Shown here: piece after piece, positions 38,974 to 48,118 of the stretch
How positions within the stretch are numbered: position 1 is the first letter of the stretch
How the letters are laid out: every line of letters starts with the position of its first letter
NCBI GenBank assembly: GCA_964587425.1
Contig: CAZPLB010000001.1
Span: forward strand, 145,518 to 209,517
Reading direction: 5' to 3'
Origin: an uncultured Gammaproteobacteria bacterium
Lineage (GTDB): Bacteria; Patescibacteriota; Microgenomatia; UBA8517
DNA length: 64,000 bases
Translations under genes and position numbers: made by a program
The notes under the pieces: generated by a model
The model's input: the letters and a program-made list of their open reading frames with translations, nothing else
The model's database searches: none
What the model was told of the DNA's origin: nothing

Positions 38974-39825
38974 ATGGCAAGTGATTATTATTCAATTTTA
39001 GAGATTTCAAAGAATGCTGGTGCTGATGAAATTAAAAAAGCATATCGTAATCAGGCTTTGAAGTGGCATCCTGACAAACATAGTGGAGACAAGACTGAGG
39101 CTGAAAAGAAGTTCAAAGAAATAAATGAGGCATATCAAGTATTGTCTGATCCAAAGAAGAAAGAAACTTACGATCAGTATGGACACGATGCTTTCAAAGG
39201 GGGAGCTGGGAGGAATCCATTTGCTGGAGGAGGGAACCCTTTTGGCGGACAGGCTGGGCCATTTAGTTATACATATAGTACATCTGGTGGGCAGGAGATG
39301 CCTTTTGATTTTGGGGATCCATTTGATATTTTTGCTCAGTTTTTTGGAGGAGCAAGACAAGCTCGTAAACCGCAATACAGTCTGACTATTGATTTTATGG
39401 AGGCTATGAAAGGGGTTTCAAAGACTGTTGAAGTTAATGGGAAGAGACGTACTATTAAAATCCCTGCAGGAGTTAATACAGGCAACAGGATTAATTTTGA
39501 TGATTTTACGTTATCGGTATCAGTGCGCCGTCATGAGGTGTTTGAGAGAGATGGAGATGATATTTTCATTAGTGCTTCCATTCCTTATTCATTGGCAACG
39601 CTTGGTGGTGAAATTAAAGTACCAACTGTTTGGGGAAATGTGAAGATTAAAGTTAGAGGTGGAACCCAGGGTGGAACTATGATGAGACTTAAAGGTGAGG
39701 GAGCCCCAAGAGTTAATGGACGAGCCAAGGGGGATGAATATGTGAAGATTTTAGTTGAAACTCCAAAATCTTTGAATCGCAACCAAAAGAGAATTATTGA
39801 GGAGATGAAGAGAGAGGGATTATAA
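38974..39825 (+). CDS. dnaJ: DnaJ-family co-chaperone lacking the Zn finger (class B)
   Basis: J domain with HPD, G/F region, C-terminal domains; no CxxCxGxG repeats. Confidence 0.9.
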   Translation: MASDYYSILEISKNAGADEIKKAYRNQALKWHPDKHSGDKTEAEKKFKEINEAYQVLSDPKKKETYDQYGHDAFKGGAGRNPFAGGGNPFGGQAGPFSYTYSTSGGQEMPFDFGDPFDIFAQFFGGARQARKPQYSLTIDFMEAMKGVSKTVEVNGKRRTIKIPAGVNTGNRINFDDFTLSVSVRRHEVFERDGDDIFISASIPYSLATLGGEIKVPTVWGNVKIKVRGGTQGGTMMRLKGEGAPRVNGRAKGDEYVKILVETPKSLNRNQKRIIEEMKREGL

Positions 39826-39833
39826 TTTTTTGT

Positions 39834-40409
39834 ATGGCAGATTCTGTGCACGAGTGGTACAACACTGAAGATGCAGTCAAGCGGCCTAAGGATATTATAG
39901 AGGGAAAATCCATGAGGATGAATTTACCTGATGATGTAGTAGTTAAACCTTCTATCTCTGATCTAAATAAATTAAATCGGAGAATGAGAAGTTATGACAA
40001 GATTTTACATAGACAGAGGGTAGAATCAAATCCAGATGTTAACCCACCCACAGATAGTGTTCCACTCCCGGGAGAATTTGGAGGAGTTTCTACTTTAATA
40101 GCAATTGATAGAGGTAGTTTGGGGAAATTACATAAAGGTGTTGGTTTGGAGTCTTCTACACGCATGCCTGAAGTTCATGATATGGTTACAGAAGTACCAA
40201 ATCCTACTCATATTCCACCGATATATATACAAGTTGAGAAATTTCACGGCGGCAAAAGATTTGTAGATGTTCGAGATGGACAACATAGAGTTGAAAGTGC
40301 CATGAGGAATACAGATGTTCCTTTTTTGCTTGCATATGTTAAGAATAATGACATGGAGTTTCTTGGTTCAAATGGAATTGTTTATCGAAAAGTCGAGGCA
40401 TATCCGTGA
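39834..40409 (+). CDS. ParB/Sulfiredoxin-fold (DGQHR) domain protein
   Basis: IPPIYI...VDVRDGQHRVES. Confidence 0.6.
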   Translation: MADSVHEWYNTEDAVKRPKDIIEGKSMRMNLPDDVVVKPSISDLNKLNRRMRSYDKILHRQRVESNPDVNPPTDSVPLPGEFGGVSTLIAIDRGSLGKLHKGVGLESSTRMPEVHDMVTEVPNPTHIPPIYIQVEKFHGGKRFVDVRDGQHRVESAMRNTDVPFLLAYVKNNDMEFLGSNGIVYRKVEAYP

Positions 40410-40528
40410 TTGAGTTTATTGAGAGAACGAGAATTACTATTCCATTTTACAAAAAGCTTCAAATGTCGGGTTGTCCATTGTTTGACTTTCTTGAATAATT
40501 AAGTGTGGTTGGTTATAATGGCCACCTA

Positions 40529-41009
40529 TATGACAGAACGAAGGGTTGAAATTAATATGGGTAGTGAATTTATAATTGGTGCTGGTGAAACAGCTTACGT
40601 TGGCCGGGGACCGAGCATGGGGGAAGAACCTGAGGCCGGGGAATGGTTTTTGCAGATTGGGAAATTAATGACGGGTGATTTGGGGGAATTGTCTCGTAGA
40701 GCGGTCTCGATGTCAGTAGATGCCTATGGGAATGTAAAAATTACAAGGTTGAGTAAAACTAATGCAGTTGAAGTGAAAGTTCGTAAAGATACGCATTTTG
40801 AGAGATTTGGTGAAATTCTTGATAAAGAGGGTGCTTTTCATGAGGTTGGTTTCTCTGATGACTTTTGTATTATTGTTACTGCTCATAATTCGGATGCGAT
40901 TTTGAAGTGTAAACCATTTGATGTATATCAAATGGATCCCTCAAGAACATTTAAATTAGTTTATGGTTTCCACCCAGTTGACCCGAATGTGTGCGGGTGG
41001 AACGTTTGA
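40529..41009 (+). CDS. Hypothetical protein, possibly a degenerate FHA domain
   Basis: YVGRG, LSRRA, SKTNAV in FHA-like order; TTGAAT-17-TATAAT promoter upstream. Start uncertain. Confidence 0.5.
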
Positions 41010-41034
41010 CTTCCAATATCAATAGCAGTAAACT
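41006..41034 (+). promoter_or_regulatory. nusA-infB promoter
   Basis: TTGACT, 17 nt, TAAACT. Confidence 0.65.
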
Positions 41035-41055
41035 AGCCTTAGGTTTAGTATGTAT

Positions 41056-41085
41056 GTGGTGGGATGAATGCCCACCATTTTTTTT
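41056..41085 (+). terminator. Intrinsic terminator/attenuator in the nusA leader
   Basis: GTGGTGGG-ATGAATG-CCCACCAT followed by a T run, between the promoter and ATG 41094. Confidence 0.75.
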
Positions 41086-41093
41086 ACAAATAT

Positions 41094-42212
41094 ATGGCAC
41101 AAACACAAACAGCTAGAACAGAATTTGCACAAGCTTTGAAGGCTGTGGCGACACAGACAGGGCTTGAAGTGGACGTAATTATTGAGAAAGTTAAGGAAGC
41201 GGTTGTTGCTGCCTACAAAAGGGATGCAAGAGAGGCTGGAGAGGATGTTGAAGCTTTTGAATACACGGCTGAAATTCATCCAGTAACAGGGGAGATGAGA
41301 GTCTTTTCAGCACCTTTGGAAGGCGGGGAGAAAAAGGATGTTACTCCTCCTGGATTTGGAAGAATTGCTGCACAGACTGCAAAACAAGTGATTCATCAGA
41401 AAATTCGTGAGGCTGAGCGAGGTGCTGTTTTGGAGCAGTTCCAAGAAAAAGTTGGGGGATTGGTTGCAGGGCTTGTTTTAAGGTTTGATGGAGGGGATGT
41501 TCGTATTGAAATTGGTAAGACTGAAGGAGTTATGCCATATGATGAGAGGATTGCAACTGAAAGATTGAACCTTAATCAGAGGTTAACTTTCCTTTTCAAG
41601 GAGATTAAAGATACTCCACATGGAGAAGAGATTATTCTTTCCAGGAAAGATCCAAAATTTGTTGAAAAACTTTTTGAGAGGGAAGTTCCTGAAATTGGAT
41701 CTCATTCTGTTGAAATCAAGGGTATTGCAAGAGAGGGTGGAGTCAGAACAAAGATTGCTGTTTTCTCAACTGCTTCTGGAGTTGATCCAGTTGGAAGTTG
41801 TGTAGGACAAAGAGGAGTAAGGGTGCAGTCTGTTACAAATGAGCTTGGTGGGGAGAGGGTAGATATAATTTTGTGGAATGAGGATGAAAAAGAGTTCATT
41901 AAGTCATCTTTGTCACCTGTTGAAGTGTTGTCCATTAAAACCTCAAAGAAAGAGAAACGGGCTAAGGTCGTGGTTCCTGAGGATCAATTGTCAATTGCGA
42001 TTGGGAAAGACGGACAAAATGTTAGACTTGCCAGCAAACTTACTGGATGGGAAATTGATATAGCAGGAGATGGAAAGTCAACTATCAAACCACAAGAACC
42101 TAAAGTTGAGGAAGTGGTTCCAGCTGTTGAGAGTGTTGAACCTGCAAGTGTCGAGGAAAAAATAGAAAAGAAAGAAGCGGTGACTGAAGACAAACCAGCC
42201 AACGACGAATGA
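41094..42212 (+). CDS. nusA: Transcription factor NusA
   Basis: FGRIAAQTAKQVI, S1 and KH domains, DPVGSCVGQRG, AIGKDGQNVRLA. Confidence 0.97.
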   Translation: MAQTQTARTEFAQALKAVATQTGLEVDVIIEKVKEAVVAAYKRDAREAGEDVEAFEYTAEIHPVTGEMRVFSAPLEGGEKKDVTPPGFGRIAAQTAKQVIHQKIREAERGAVLEQFQEKVGGLVAGLVLRFDGGDVRIEIGKTEGVMPYDERIATERLNLNQRLTFLFKEIKDTPHGEEIILSRKDPKFVEKLFEREVPEIGSHSVEIKGIAREGGVRTKIAVFSTASGVDPVGSCVGQRGVRVQSVTNELGGERVDIILWNEDEKEFIKSSLSPVEVLSIKTSKKEKRAKVVVPEDQLSIAIGKDGQNVRLASKLTGWEIDIAGDGKSTIKPQEPKVEEVVPAVESVEPASVEEKIEKKEAVTEDKPANDE

Positions 42213-42245
42213 CAATGTTAGCTAAATTAAGAAAGGAATTATTAT

Positions 42246-43643
42246 ATGGAAAAAGGGAATCTGAGACCTCCGATTGTTGTGGTAGTTGGGCACGTTGATC
42301 ACGGAAAGACGAGTCTTCTTGACCATATCCGAAAAACAAAAGTAGCTTCTCGTGAAGCTGGTGGAATTACACAGAGCATTGGTGCTTTTACATACCAAGG
42401 AAAAGAAAAAGATATTGTTTTTATTGATACTCCTGGGCATGCACTTTTCACCAACATGAGAAAAAGAGGAGTGAAGGGCGCTGATATTGCACTTTTAGTT
42501 GTTGCCGGAGATGATGGGGTTGCCCCACAAACCAAAGAAGCCTTGAAGATTTTGCAGGAGAGCGCCACTCCATTCATTGTTGTAATTACCAAAGTTGATT
42601 TGGCGACTGCATCTGCCGACACAGTTTTGGGACAGCTTGAAAAAGAAGGAGTTTACTTTGAAAAGCGCGGAGGAGATATTTCCTGGATTGGCGTTTCTTC
42701 AAAAACTGGTGAAGGAGTTGATGAACTACTTGAACTTATTGGATTAACTAGCGATGTAGTTGGTCTGAAAGGAATACCAACCGATAAATTGGAGGGGTTT
42801 GTGCTTGAAACGGTGAAGGATAAACGCGGACTTGGGGTATCTGTTGTTGTAAAAGCGGGACAAATTAAAATTGGCGATGAAATTTTCGCAGGTGAGCGAA
42901 AGACTAAGGTAAGAGGAATTTTTGATGACAACGGAAAGCCGGTCAAAATAATTATGCCAGGGTATCCTGGACTAATTTTGGGATTTGATGAACTGCCTGA
43001 GGCGGGAAGTTTAATTAGTTCAGAAGTGCAGACTGTGGATTACGAAAACAAGGGAAAGGTTGAAGTGAAAGCAGCAAGCGATAAGGATGTAAAAATTTTT
43101 GTGAAGACAAAAACAGCTGGGAGCCTTGAGGCGATACTAGCGAATATTCCTGATGGGGTTGTGGTTCTTGGCAGCGGGGTTGGAGATTTGAATGATTCTG
43201 ATATCTTTTTTGCAAAGGCAAGCGGGGCTACTGTTTTTCTTTTTGAAGCAAAACTTTCGGGAAGTGTAAAAAGACTTGCAGATACAGAAAGTGTTAAGGT
43301 TGAAAGCTTTAACATCGTGTATGACTTTATTGAACGGTTGAAAGAAATGGTTGCATCAGGAGTTGAGGAAGTGTTGGGGAAGGCCCAGATTGTAGCTGAG
43401 TTTCCATTTGATGGAAAAAGAGTTGCTGGAAGCAAAGTTTTAACTGGCGTAATATCAAAAACTGGTAATTGCAGACTAACAAGAGCCGAGAAGGATTTGG
43501 GAAAAATTAGAATAATTTCTATTAAAAAACAAAAAGAAGAAGTGGGTAGTGTTTCCCAGGGTGAGGAATGTGGAATACTTTTTGCTCCCCAGCTTGATTT
43601 CAAAGCGGGTGATGTGATACTATCGGTCGCTAAAGAGAGCTAG
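42246..43643 (+). CDS. infB: Translation initiation factor IF-2 (no N-terminal extension)
   Basis: RPPIVVVVGHVDHGKTSLLD, EAGGITQ, DTPGH, GEECG. Confidence 0.95.
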   Translation: MEKGNLRPPIVVVVGHVDHGKTSLLDHIRKTKVASREAGGITQSIGAFTYQGKEKDIVFIDTPGHALFTNMRKRGVKGADIALLVVAGDDGVAPQTKEALKILQESATPFIVVITKVDLATASADTVLGQLEKEGVYFEKRGGDISWIGVSSKTGEGVDELLELIGLTSDVVGLKGIPTDKLEGFVLETVKDKRGLGVSVVVKAGQIKIGDEIFAGERKTKVRGIFDDNGKPVKIIMPGYPGLILGFDELPEAGSLISSEVQTVDYENKGKVEVKAASDKDVKIFVKTKTAGSLEAILANIPDGVVVLGSGVGDLNDSDIFFAKASGATVFLFEAKLSGSVKRLADTESVKVESFNIVYDFIERLKEMVASGVEEVLGKAQIVAEFPFDGKRVAGSKVLTGVISKTGNCRLTRAEKDLGKIRIISIKKQKEEVGSVSQGEECGILFAPQLDFKAGDVILSVAKES

Positions 43644-43668
43644 GTAGTGATTTTAGAATAGTAGACAC

Positions 43669-44487
43669 ATGAAAGATTCATTTAAAAATATAATTTCTTC
43701 TTCCCAATCGGTATTGGTGGTACTCCCTGCCAACCCCAAGTTTGATGAAGTGGCAGCGGGTCTTTCTTTGTATTTGGCACTTGGTTCTACCTCTCAGATT
43801 TATTCTTCAAGCCCAATGGTGGTTGAATTTAATAGATTGGTTGGGGTGAACAAAATTAAAAATGAGATTGGGAACAAGAACCTTGCAATTAGATTTTTGA
43901 ACTACAAACCAGATGGAATAGAGAAAGTTTCGTGGGATATTGATAAAGGTGAATTCAAGTTGACCATAGCACCTAAAACTGGGGTAACTCCTCCGGGACA
44001 GGATCAGATTTCAATTACCCATGAAGGGGTTGCAGCTGATGTTGTGGTTTTGGTTGGAGGCGTGGATGAAAATAGTTTTGAGGTAATTAAAAATCCAGAT
44101 TTGGCAAGCTCAAAACTTGCCCATATTGGACTTCAAGATGTAAAAGTTAGCGGGCGTGAAGTAATGTCATTTGATACAAATGGATCAACAATAAGTGAAG
44201 TTGTTACTAAACTTTTGAAAGATAATGGATATGAGATAACATCCGACATTGCTACAAACTTGCTTGCTGGGATTGAAGAGGGAACACAAGGATTTGCAAC
44301 ACCTAACACAACGGCCGAGACATTTGCAGATGTAGCTGAACTGATGAGAGCTGGAGGAAAAAGATTGGGGCAGGGACAGGTGAGTGCAGCTGATTTTCCA
44401 GAAGGGTCCATTCCAACAATTCCTGCAGACAAAGCACCACAGAGTTGGTTTGAACCAAAGATATATAAAGGGACTTCAACGAGTTAA
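43669..44487 (+). CDS. Degenerate DHH/NrnA-like protein
   Basis: NrnA position after infB; ATNLLAGI, TTAETF..AELMRAG; catalytic DxD and DHH are not present. Confidence 0.65.
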   Translation: MKDSFKNIISSSQSVLVVLPANPKFDEVAAGLSLYLALGSTSQIYSSSPMVVEFNRLVGVNKIKNEIGNKNLAIRFLNYKPDGIEKVSWDIDKGEFKLTIAPKTGVTPPGQDQISITHEGVAADVVVLVGGVDENSFEVIKNPDLASSKLAHIGLQDVKVSGREVMSFDTNGSTISEVVTKLLKDNGYEITSDIATNLLAGIEEGTQGFATPNTTAETFADVAELMRAGGKRLGQGQVSAADFPEGSIPTIPADKAPQSWFEPKIYKGTSTS

Positions 44488-44491
44488 TAAT

Positions 44492-45250
44492 ATGGCAAGA
44501 GAGTTCGAAGCGGATGGTGAGCTCTTAGAAGATTTTAAAGAATTAGCTGATTCTACATCTCATATTGCTGAACAGATCGGGGTTACCTCTCGTGTTCTTA
44601 CTGAGACACAAAAATATAGAGAGAAACAACTCCTTGTTTTGATGGATACCTGGGAAAAGAAAAAACCGCAGAGTGGATTGGCAAAGGAATTTTTTACTTT
44701 GGGTAAGGGTAAAGATAGGATTGTGTTTGTAACAAACCCATTGATCGAAAAGGACAATGTAATTGATGTATCATATTTGTTGCTTTCAAGAAAAGGTTTC
44801 TTTGTGGCCAGATTTCCCTTTCGGCAAGTGGAGCTTAGTGATTATCCGGGTGATAGGATTCTCGAGTATGTGGAAGATCCTTTTACTAGAGCTTCTTCTA
44901 CTTCTATTAACCCTGGTGATTATAGAACTGGTAAGTTATTGTTTCTTCACAGTTTTTTGAGAAATAATTTGCCGGGAAGAAGTATGAGATTAGATTATTT
45001 TTATACGCATGATGGTCTTGAATTTGTTAGTTTGAAATCGAGAAGGGAAGGCGAGGGAACTGCTCTTAAAATGATGGGTGATGCTGTTGGTTTTGGTGTG
45101 GCGCTGGGGATGTATCAGGGGATTCAGGCGAGGGTTGAAACAGTTTGTAAGAGAAGACTAGAATTATTGGATATTTCAATGGATCAGGCTGAGGCTGATT
45201 TGAGTGTGTTGGGTGAAATGATGCGGGATGAAAAGAAAAAGAGGGGTTAA
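44492..45250 (+). CDS. Hypothetical protein (orphan)
   Basis: About 252-aa ORF starting MAREFEAD just after the DHH-like stop. Confidence 0.6.
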   Translation: MAREFEADGELLEDFKELADSTSHIAEQIGVTSRVLTETQKYREKQLLVLMDTWEKKKPQSGLAKEFFTLGKGKDRIVFVTNPLIEKDNVIDVSYLLLSRKGFFVARFPFRQVELSDYPGDRILEYVEDPFTRASSTSINPGDYRTGKLLFLHSFLRNNLPGRSMRLDYFYTHDGLEFVSLKSRREGEGTALKMMGDAVGFGVALGMYQGIQARVETVCKRRLELLDISMDQAEADLSVLGEMMRDEKKKRG

Positions 45251-45256
45251 TTGTGG

Positions 45257-45346
45257 TTGTACAAAAGGTTTTGTTGTGATATGATACCTTTGATGTTAAC
45301 AAGGTTTGGCTTGAAATAGCTTTACTTTGTTCCACATGACTAGACT
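45257..45346 (+). promoter_or_regulatory. rpsO promoter and structured leader
   Basis: TTGTAC, 17 nt, TATGAT (45257-45285); hairpin AACAAGGT...ACTTTGTT at 45298-45331. Confidence 0.55.
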
Positions 45347-45616
45347 ATGTCACTAAAGACAGACGAGAAAAAAGAACTAATTAAGAAGTTTGCGAGAGAA
45401 AAAGGCGATACTGGATCTCCTGAGGTACAAATTGCACTTTTAACTCTACAGATTGATAAACTGACTAAGCATTTGAATGCACACGGTAAGGACGTTCATT
45501 CAAGACGAGGACTTTTGTCAATGGTTGCGAAAAGAAGAAGACTATTAAGTTATCTTCAGAAAAGGGATGAGGAAAGATACAAAAAACTCATCAAAGAATT
45601 AGGACTAAAGAAGTAA
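45347..45616 (+). CDS. rpsO: 30S ribosomal protein S15
   Basis: [34 protein letters not shown]. Confidence 0.98.
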   Translation: MSLKTDEKKELIKKFAREKGDTGSPEVQIALLTLQIDKLTKHLNAHGKDVHSRRGLLSMVAKRRRLLSYLQKRDEERYKKLIKELGLKK

Positions 45617-45621
45617 ATTAA

Positions 45622-48108
45622 ATGAAAAGTAAAGTAATCGAAAAAACAATTGACTTTGGTGGTAAGAAATTAACACTTCAGACAGGAAAATTAGCAGGAC
45701 AAGCTGATGGAGCTGTGTTGGCTACAATGGGTGAGACTGTGGTTTTGGCTACAGTAGTTTCATCTCCACTTAAAGTTGATCTTGGATACTTCCCATTAAC
45801 TGTTGATTACATGGAAAAGCTTTATGCAGGAGGACGCATAAAGGGAAGCCGCTGGGTAAAAAGGGATGGAAGACCATCTGACGCTGAGATTTTAACTTCA
45901 AGATTAATAGATAGGTCTATTCGACCCCTTTTCCCTAAAGAGTTCATGAAAGAAGTTCAGGTTATTGCAACCGTTCTTTCGGTTGATCTTGAAAATGCAC
46001 CAGAATGTTTGGCAGCTATTGCAGTTTCTGCAGCACTTCAGATGTCTACTATCCCTTGGATGGGACCAGTTGCTCCTGTTTGGGTTGGACTCAAAGATGA
46101 CAAGAACATAATTAATCCACTTGCAAGTGAAGCTAAAAATTCTGATTTGGAATTGATTGTTACTTCTACAAAGAGTGCTGTTGTAATGATTGAGGCAGGT
46201 GCAAAGGAAGTAAGTGAAGAGAAAATTCTTGATGGAATTAATTTTGCCTTCAAGGAAGGGCAAGCATTAATTAAATTTATTGATGAATTTGCAAAAGAGG
46301 TAGGAAAAGAAAAACAGGTAGTTGAAAGCAAAAAGACAGACAAAGGAATTGAGAAGAAAGTTAAAGATTTGGTTGGAGACAAATTTGGACCAATTGTATC
46401 TGAGATGGCTACCAAAGAATTTGGTGGTGGAGCCTTTGATGATTTGAAGAAAGCAGTTATTGATAGTTTTGATACACCTATTGAGAAAAGCGCCGCTGCT
46501 GAAGTTTTTGAATACTTATTCAAAAAAGAAGTTCGTGGAATGCTTCTTTCAGGAAAACGTCCAGATGGCCGCAAGAAAGATGAAATCAGGCCACTTTCAG
46601 CTGAAGTTGGAATTTTGCCTAGAACACATGGATCTGGGTTATTTAGCCGTGGTCAGACACAGGCTTTGACAATTACAACTCTTGGAACATCTTCACTGGG
46701 ACAATTACTTGAAACTGCTGAAGGGGAAGAAGAGAAAAATTATTTGCACTATTACACAATGGCTCCTTTTTCAACAGGAGAAACTGGACGTGTTGGAAGT
46801 CCAAACAGACGAGAGATTGGACACGGAGCATTGGCTGAAAGGGCACTCTTGCCAGTTATTCCAAGCAAAAGTGAATTCCCATACACAATTCAGGTAGTTT
46901 CTGAAGTAATGAGTTCTAATGGTTCTACTTCAATGGCATCTACTTGCGGATCTACACTTTCTTTGATGGATGCGGGAGTGCCAATAAAGGCACCTGTTTC
47001 TGGAATTGCAATGGGACTTATTGTTGAAGATGAAAAAAATTATGCAGTATTGACTGACATTATTGGACTTGAGGACTTTAATGGAGATATGGATTTCAAG
47101 GTTGCAGGAACTTCAAAAGGAATTACAGCATTGCAACTGGATGTAAAGACCTTGAGTTTGACTCCAAAGATATTGGAAGAGGCACTTACACAATCAAAGG
47201 GAGCAAGAGCTAAAGTTTTGGAAGTGATTGTTAAGGCAATAGCGACCCCACGAAAACAAGTTTCATCTCGTGCACCAAAGATTAAGATTGTAAAGATTCC
47301 AGTTGAGAAGATTGGTGAAGTTGTTGGAAGCGGTGGCAAGATGATCAAGAAGATCATAGCAGAGACCGGTGCACAGGTTGAAGTTGAAGATGATGGAAGT
47401 GTCTTTATATCAGCATCTGACGAGGGTGCAATGCAAAAGGCAGTTGAGTGGGTAGAGGGAATTATTAAAGAAGTTCAACCAGGTGAAGTTTATGAAGGAG
47501 AAGTCAAAAGACTAATGCCATTTGGAGCTTTTGTTGAAATACTTCCAGGGAAAGAGGGAATGGTACATGTATCTGACATGGGACAGGAAGGATTTGTAGA
47601 GGATGCAGGGGATGTAGTTAAAATTGGACAGAAAGTAAAAGTAAGAGTTAAGTCAGCTGAGTTTGGAAGAATTGATTTATCCATGAATATGGATAAATCA
47701 AAAGACAAGCCAAGAGAAGATAGGGGTGGAAGCAGAGGCGGATTTGGTGGAGGCAGACCATCTGGTGGATTTTCAAGAGGTGGCGGATCTAGTTTCGGCG
47801 GAGGAAGAAGCGGCGGAAGTAGTTTTGGAGGAGATCGTGGACCAAGGAGAAGCTTTGGCGGTGATCGCGGGCCAAGAAGGAGCTTTGGAGGAGATCGTGG
47901 AGGAAGCAGTTTTGGTGGAGATCGAGGGGGATCTAGTTTCGGCGGAGGAAGAAGCGGCGGATTTGGTGGAAGTAGAGGACCAAGAAGAGAGGGCGGATTT
48001 AATAGAGGTGGACCAAAAAGAGGATTTCAAGATAGAGGAGAAGGTGGACCAACTTTCCCAGCAACAAGATTTGGGAGTGATACTTCAAAAAAAGACTTTG
48101 AGAGATAA
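45622..48108 (+). CDS. pnp: Polyribonucleotide nucleotidyltransferase with RGG-rich tail
   Basis: RLIDRSIRPLFP, RREIGHGALAERA, SNGSTSMAS, GDMDFKVAG, KH, S1. Confidence 0.98.
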   Translation: MKSKVIEKTIDFGGKKLTLQTGKLAGQADGAVLATMGETVVLATVVSSPLKVDLGYFPLTVDYMEKLYAGGRIKGSRWVKRDGRPSDAEILTSRLIDRSIRPLFPKEFMKEVQVIATVLSVDLENAPECLAAIAVSAALQMSTIPWMGPVAPVWVGLKDDKNIINPLASEAKNSDLELIVTSTKSAVVMIEAGAKEVSEEKILDGINFAFKEGQALIKFIDEFAKEVGKEKQVVESKKTDKGIEKKVKDLVGDKFGPIVSEMATKEFGGGAFDDLKKAVIDSFDTPIEKSAAAEVFEYLFKKEVRGMLLSGKRPDGRKKDEIRPLSAEVGILPRTHGSGLFSRGQTQALTITTLGTSSLGQLLETAEGEEEKNYLHYYTMAPFSTGETGRVGSPNRREIGHGALAERALLPVIPSKSEFPYTIQVVSEVMSSNGSTSMASTCGSTLSLMDAGVPIKAPVSGIAMGLIVEDEKNYAVLTDIIGLEDFNGDMDFKVAGTSKGITALQLDVKTLSLTPKILEEALTQSKGARAKVLEVIVKAIATPRKQVSSRAPKIKIVKIPVEKIGEVVGSGGKMIKKIIAETGAQVEVEDDGSVFISASDEGAMQKAVEWVEGIIKEVQPGEVYEGEVKRLMPFGAFVEILPGKEGMVHVSDMGQEGFVEDAGDVVKIGQKVKVRVKSAEFGRIDLSMNMDKSKDKPREDRGGSRGGFGGGRPSGGFSRGGGSSFGGGRSGGSSFGGDRGPRRSFGGDRGPRRSFGGDRGGSSFGGDRGGSSFGGGRSGGFGGSRGPRREGGFNRGGPKRGFQDRGEGGPTFPATRFGSDTSKKDFER
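47720..48050 (+). repeat. Low-complexity Gly/Arg/Ser/Phe repeats in the pnp 3' end
   Basis: Exact 33-bp repeat at 47785-47817 and 47929-47961; tandem GGDRGPRRSF x2 and repeated GGSSFGG. Confidence 0.85.
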
Positions 48109-48118
48109 CTTCAAAAGG

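Noticed and set aside
40406-40498. 30-codon ORF after the DGQHR gene, and a 9-bp GTTTGACTT repeat flanking the FHA-like gene
   Set aside because: Too short to support; the 9-mer overlaps a -35 consensus and could recur by chance.
47720-48050. Repeats with spacing reminiscent of a CRISPR array
   Set aside because: They are in frame within pnp, encode Gly/Arg repeats, have no unique spacers, and no cas genes are present.
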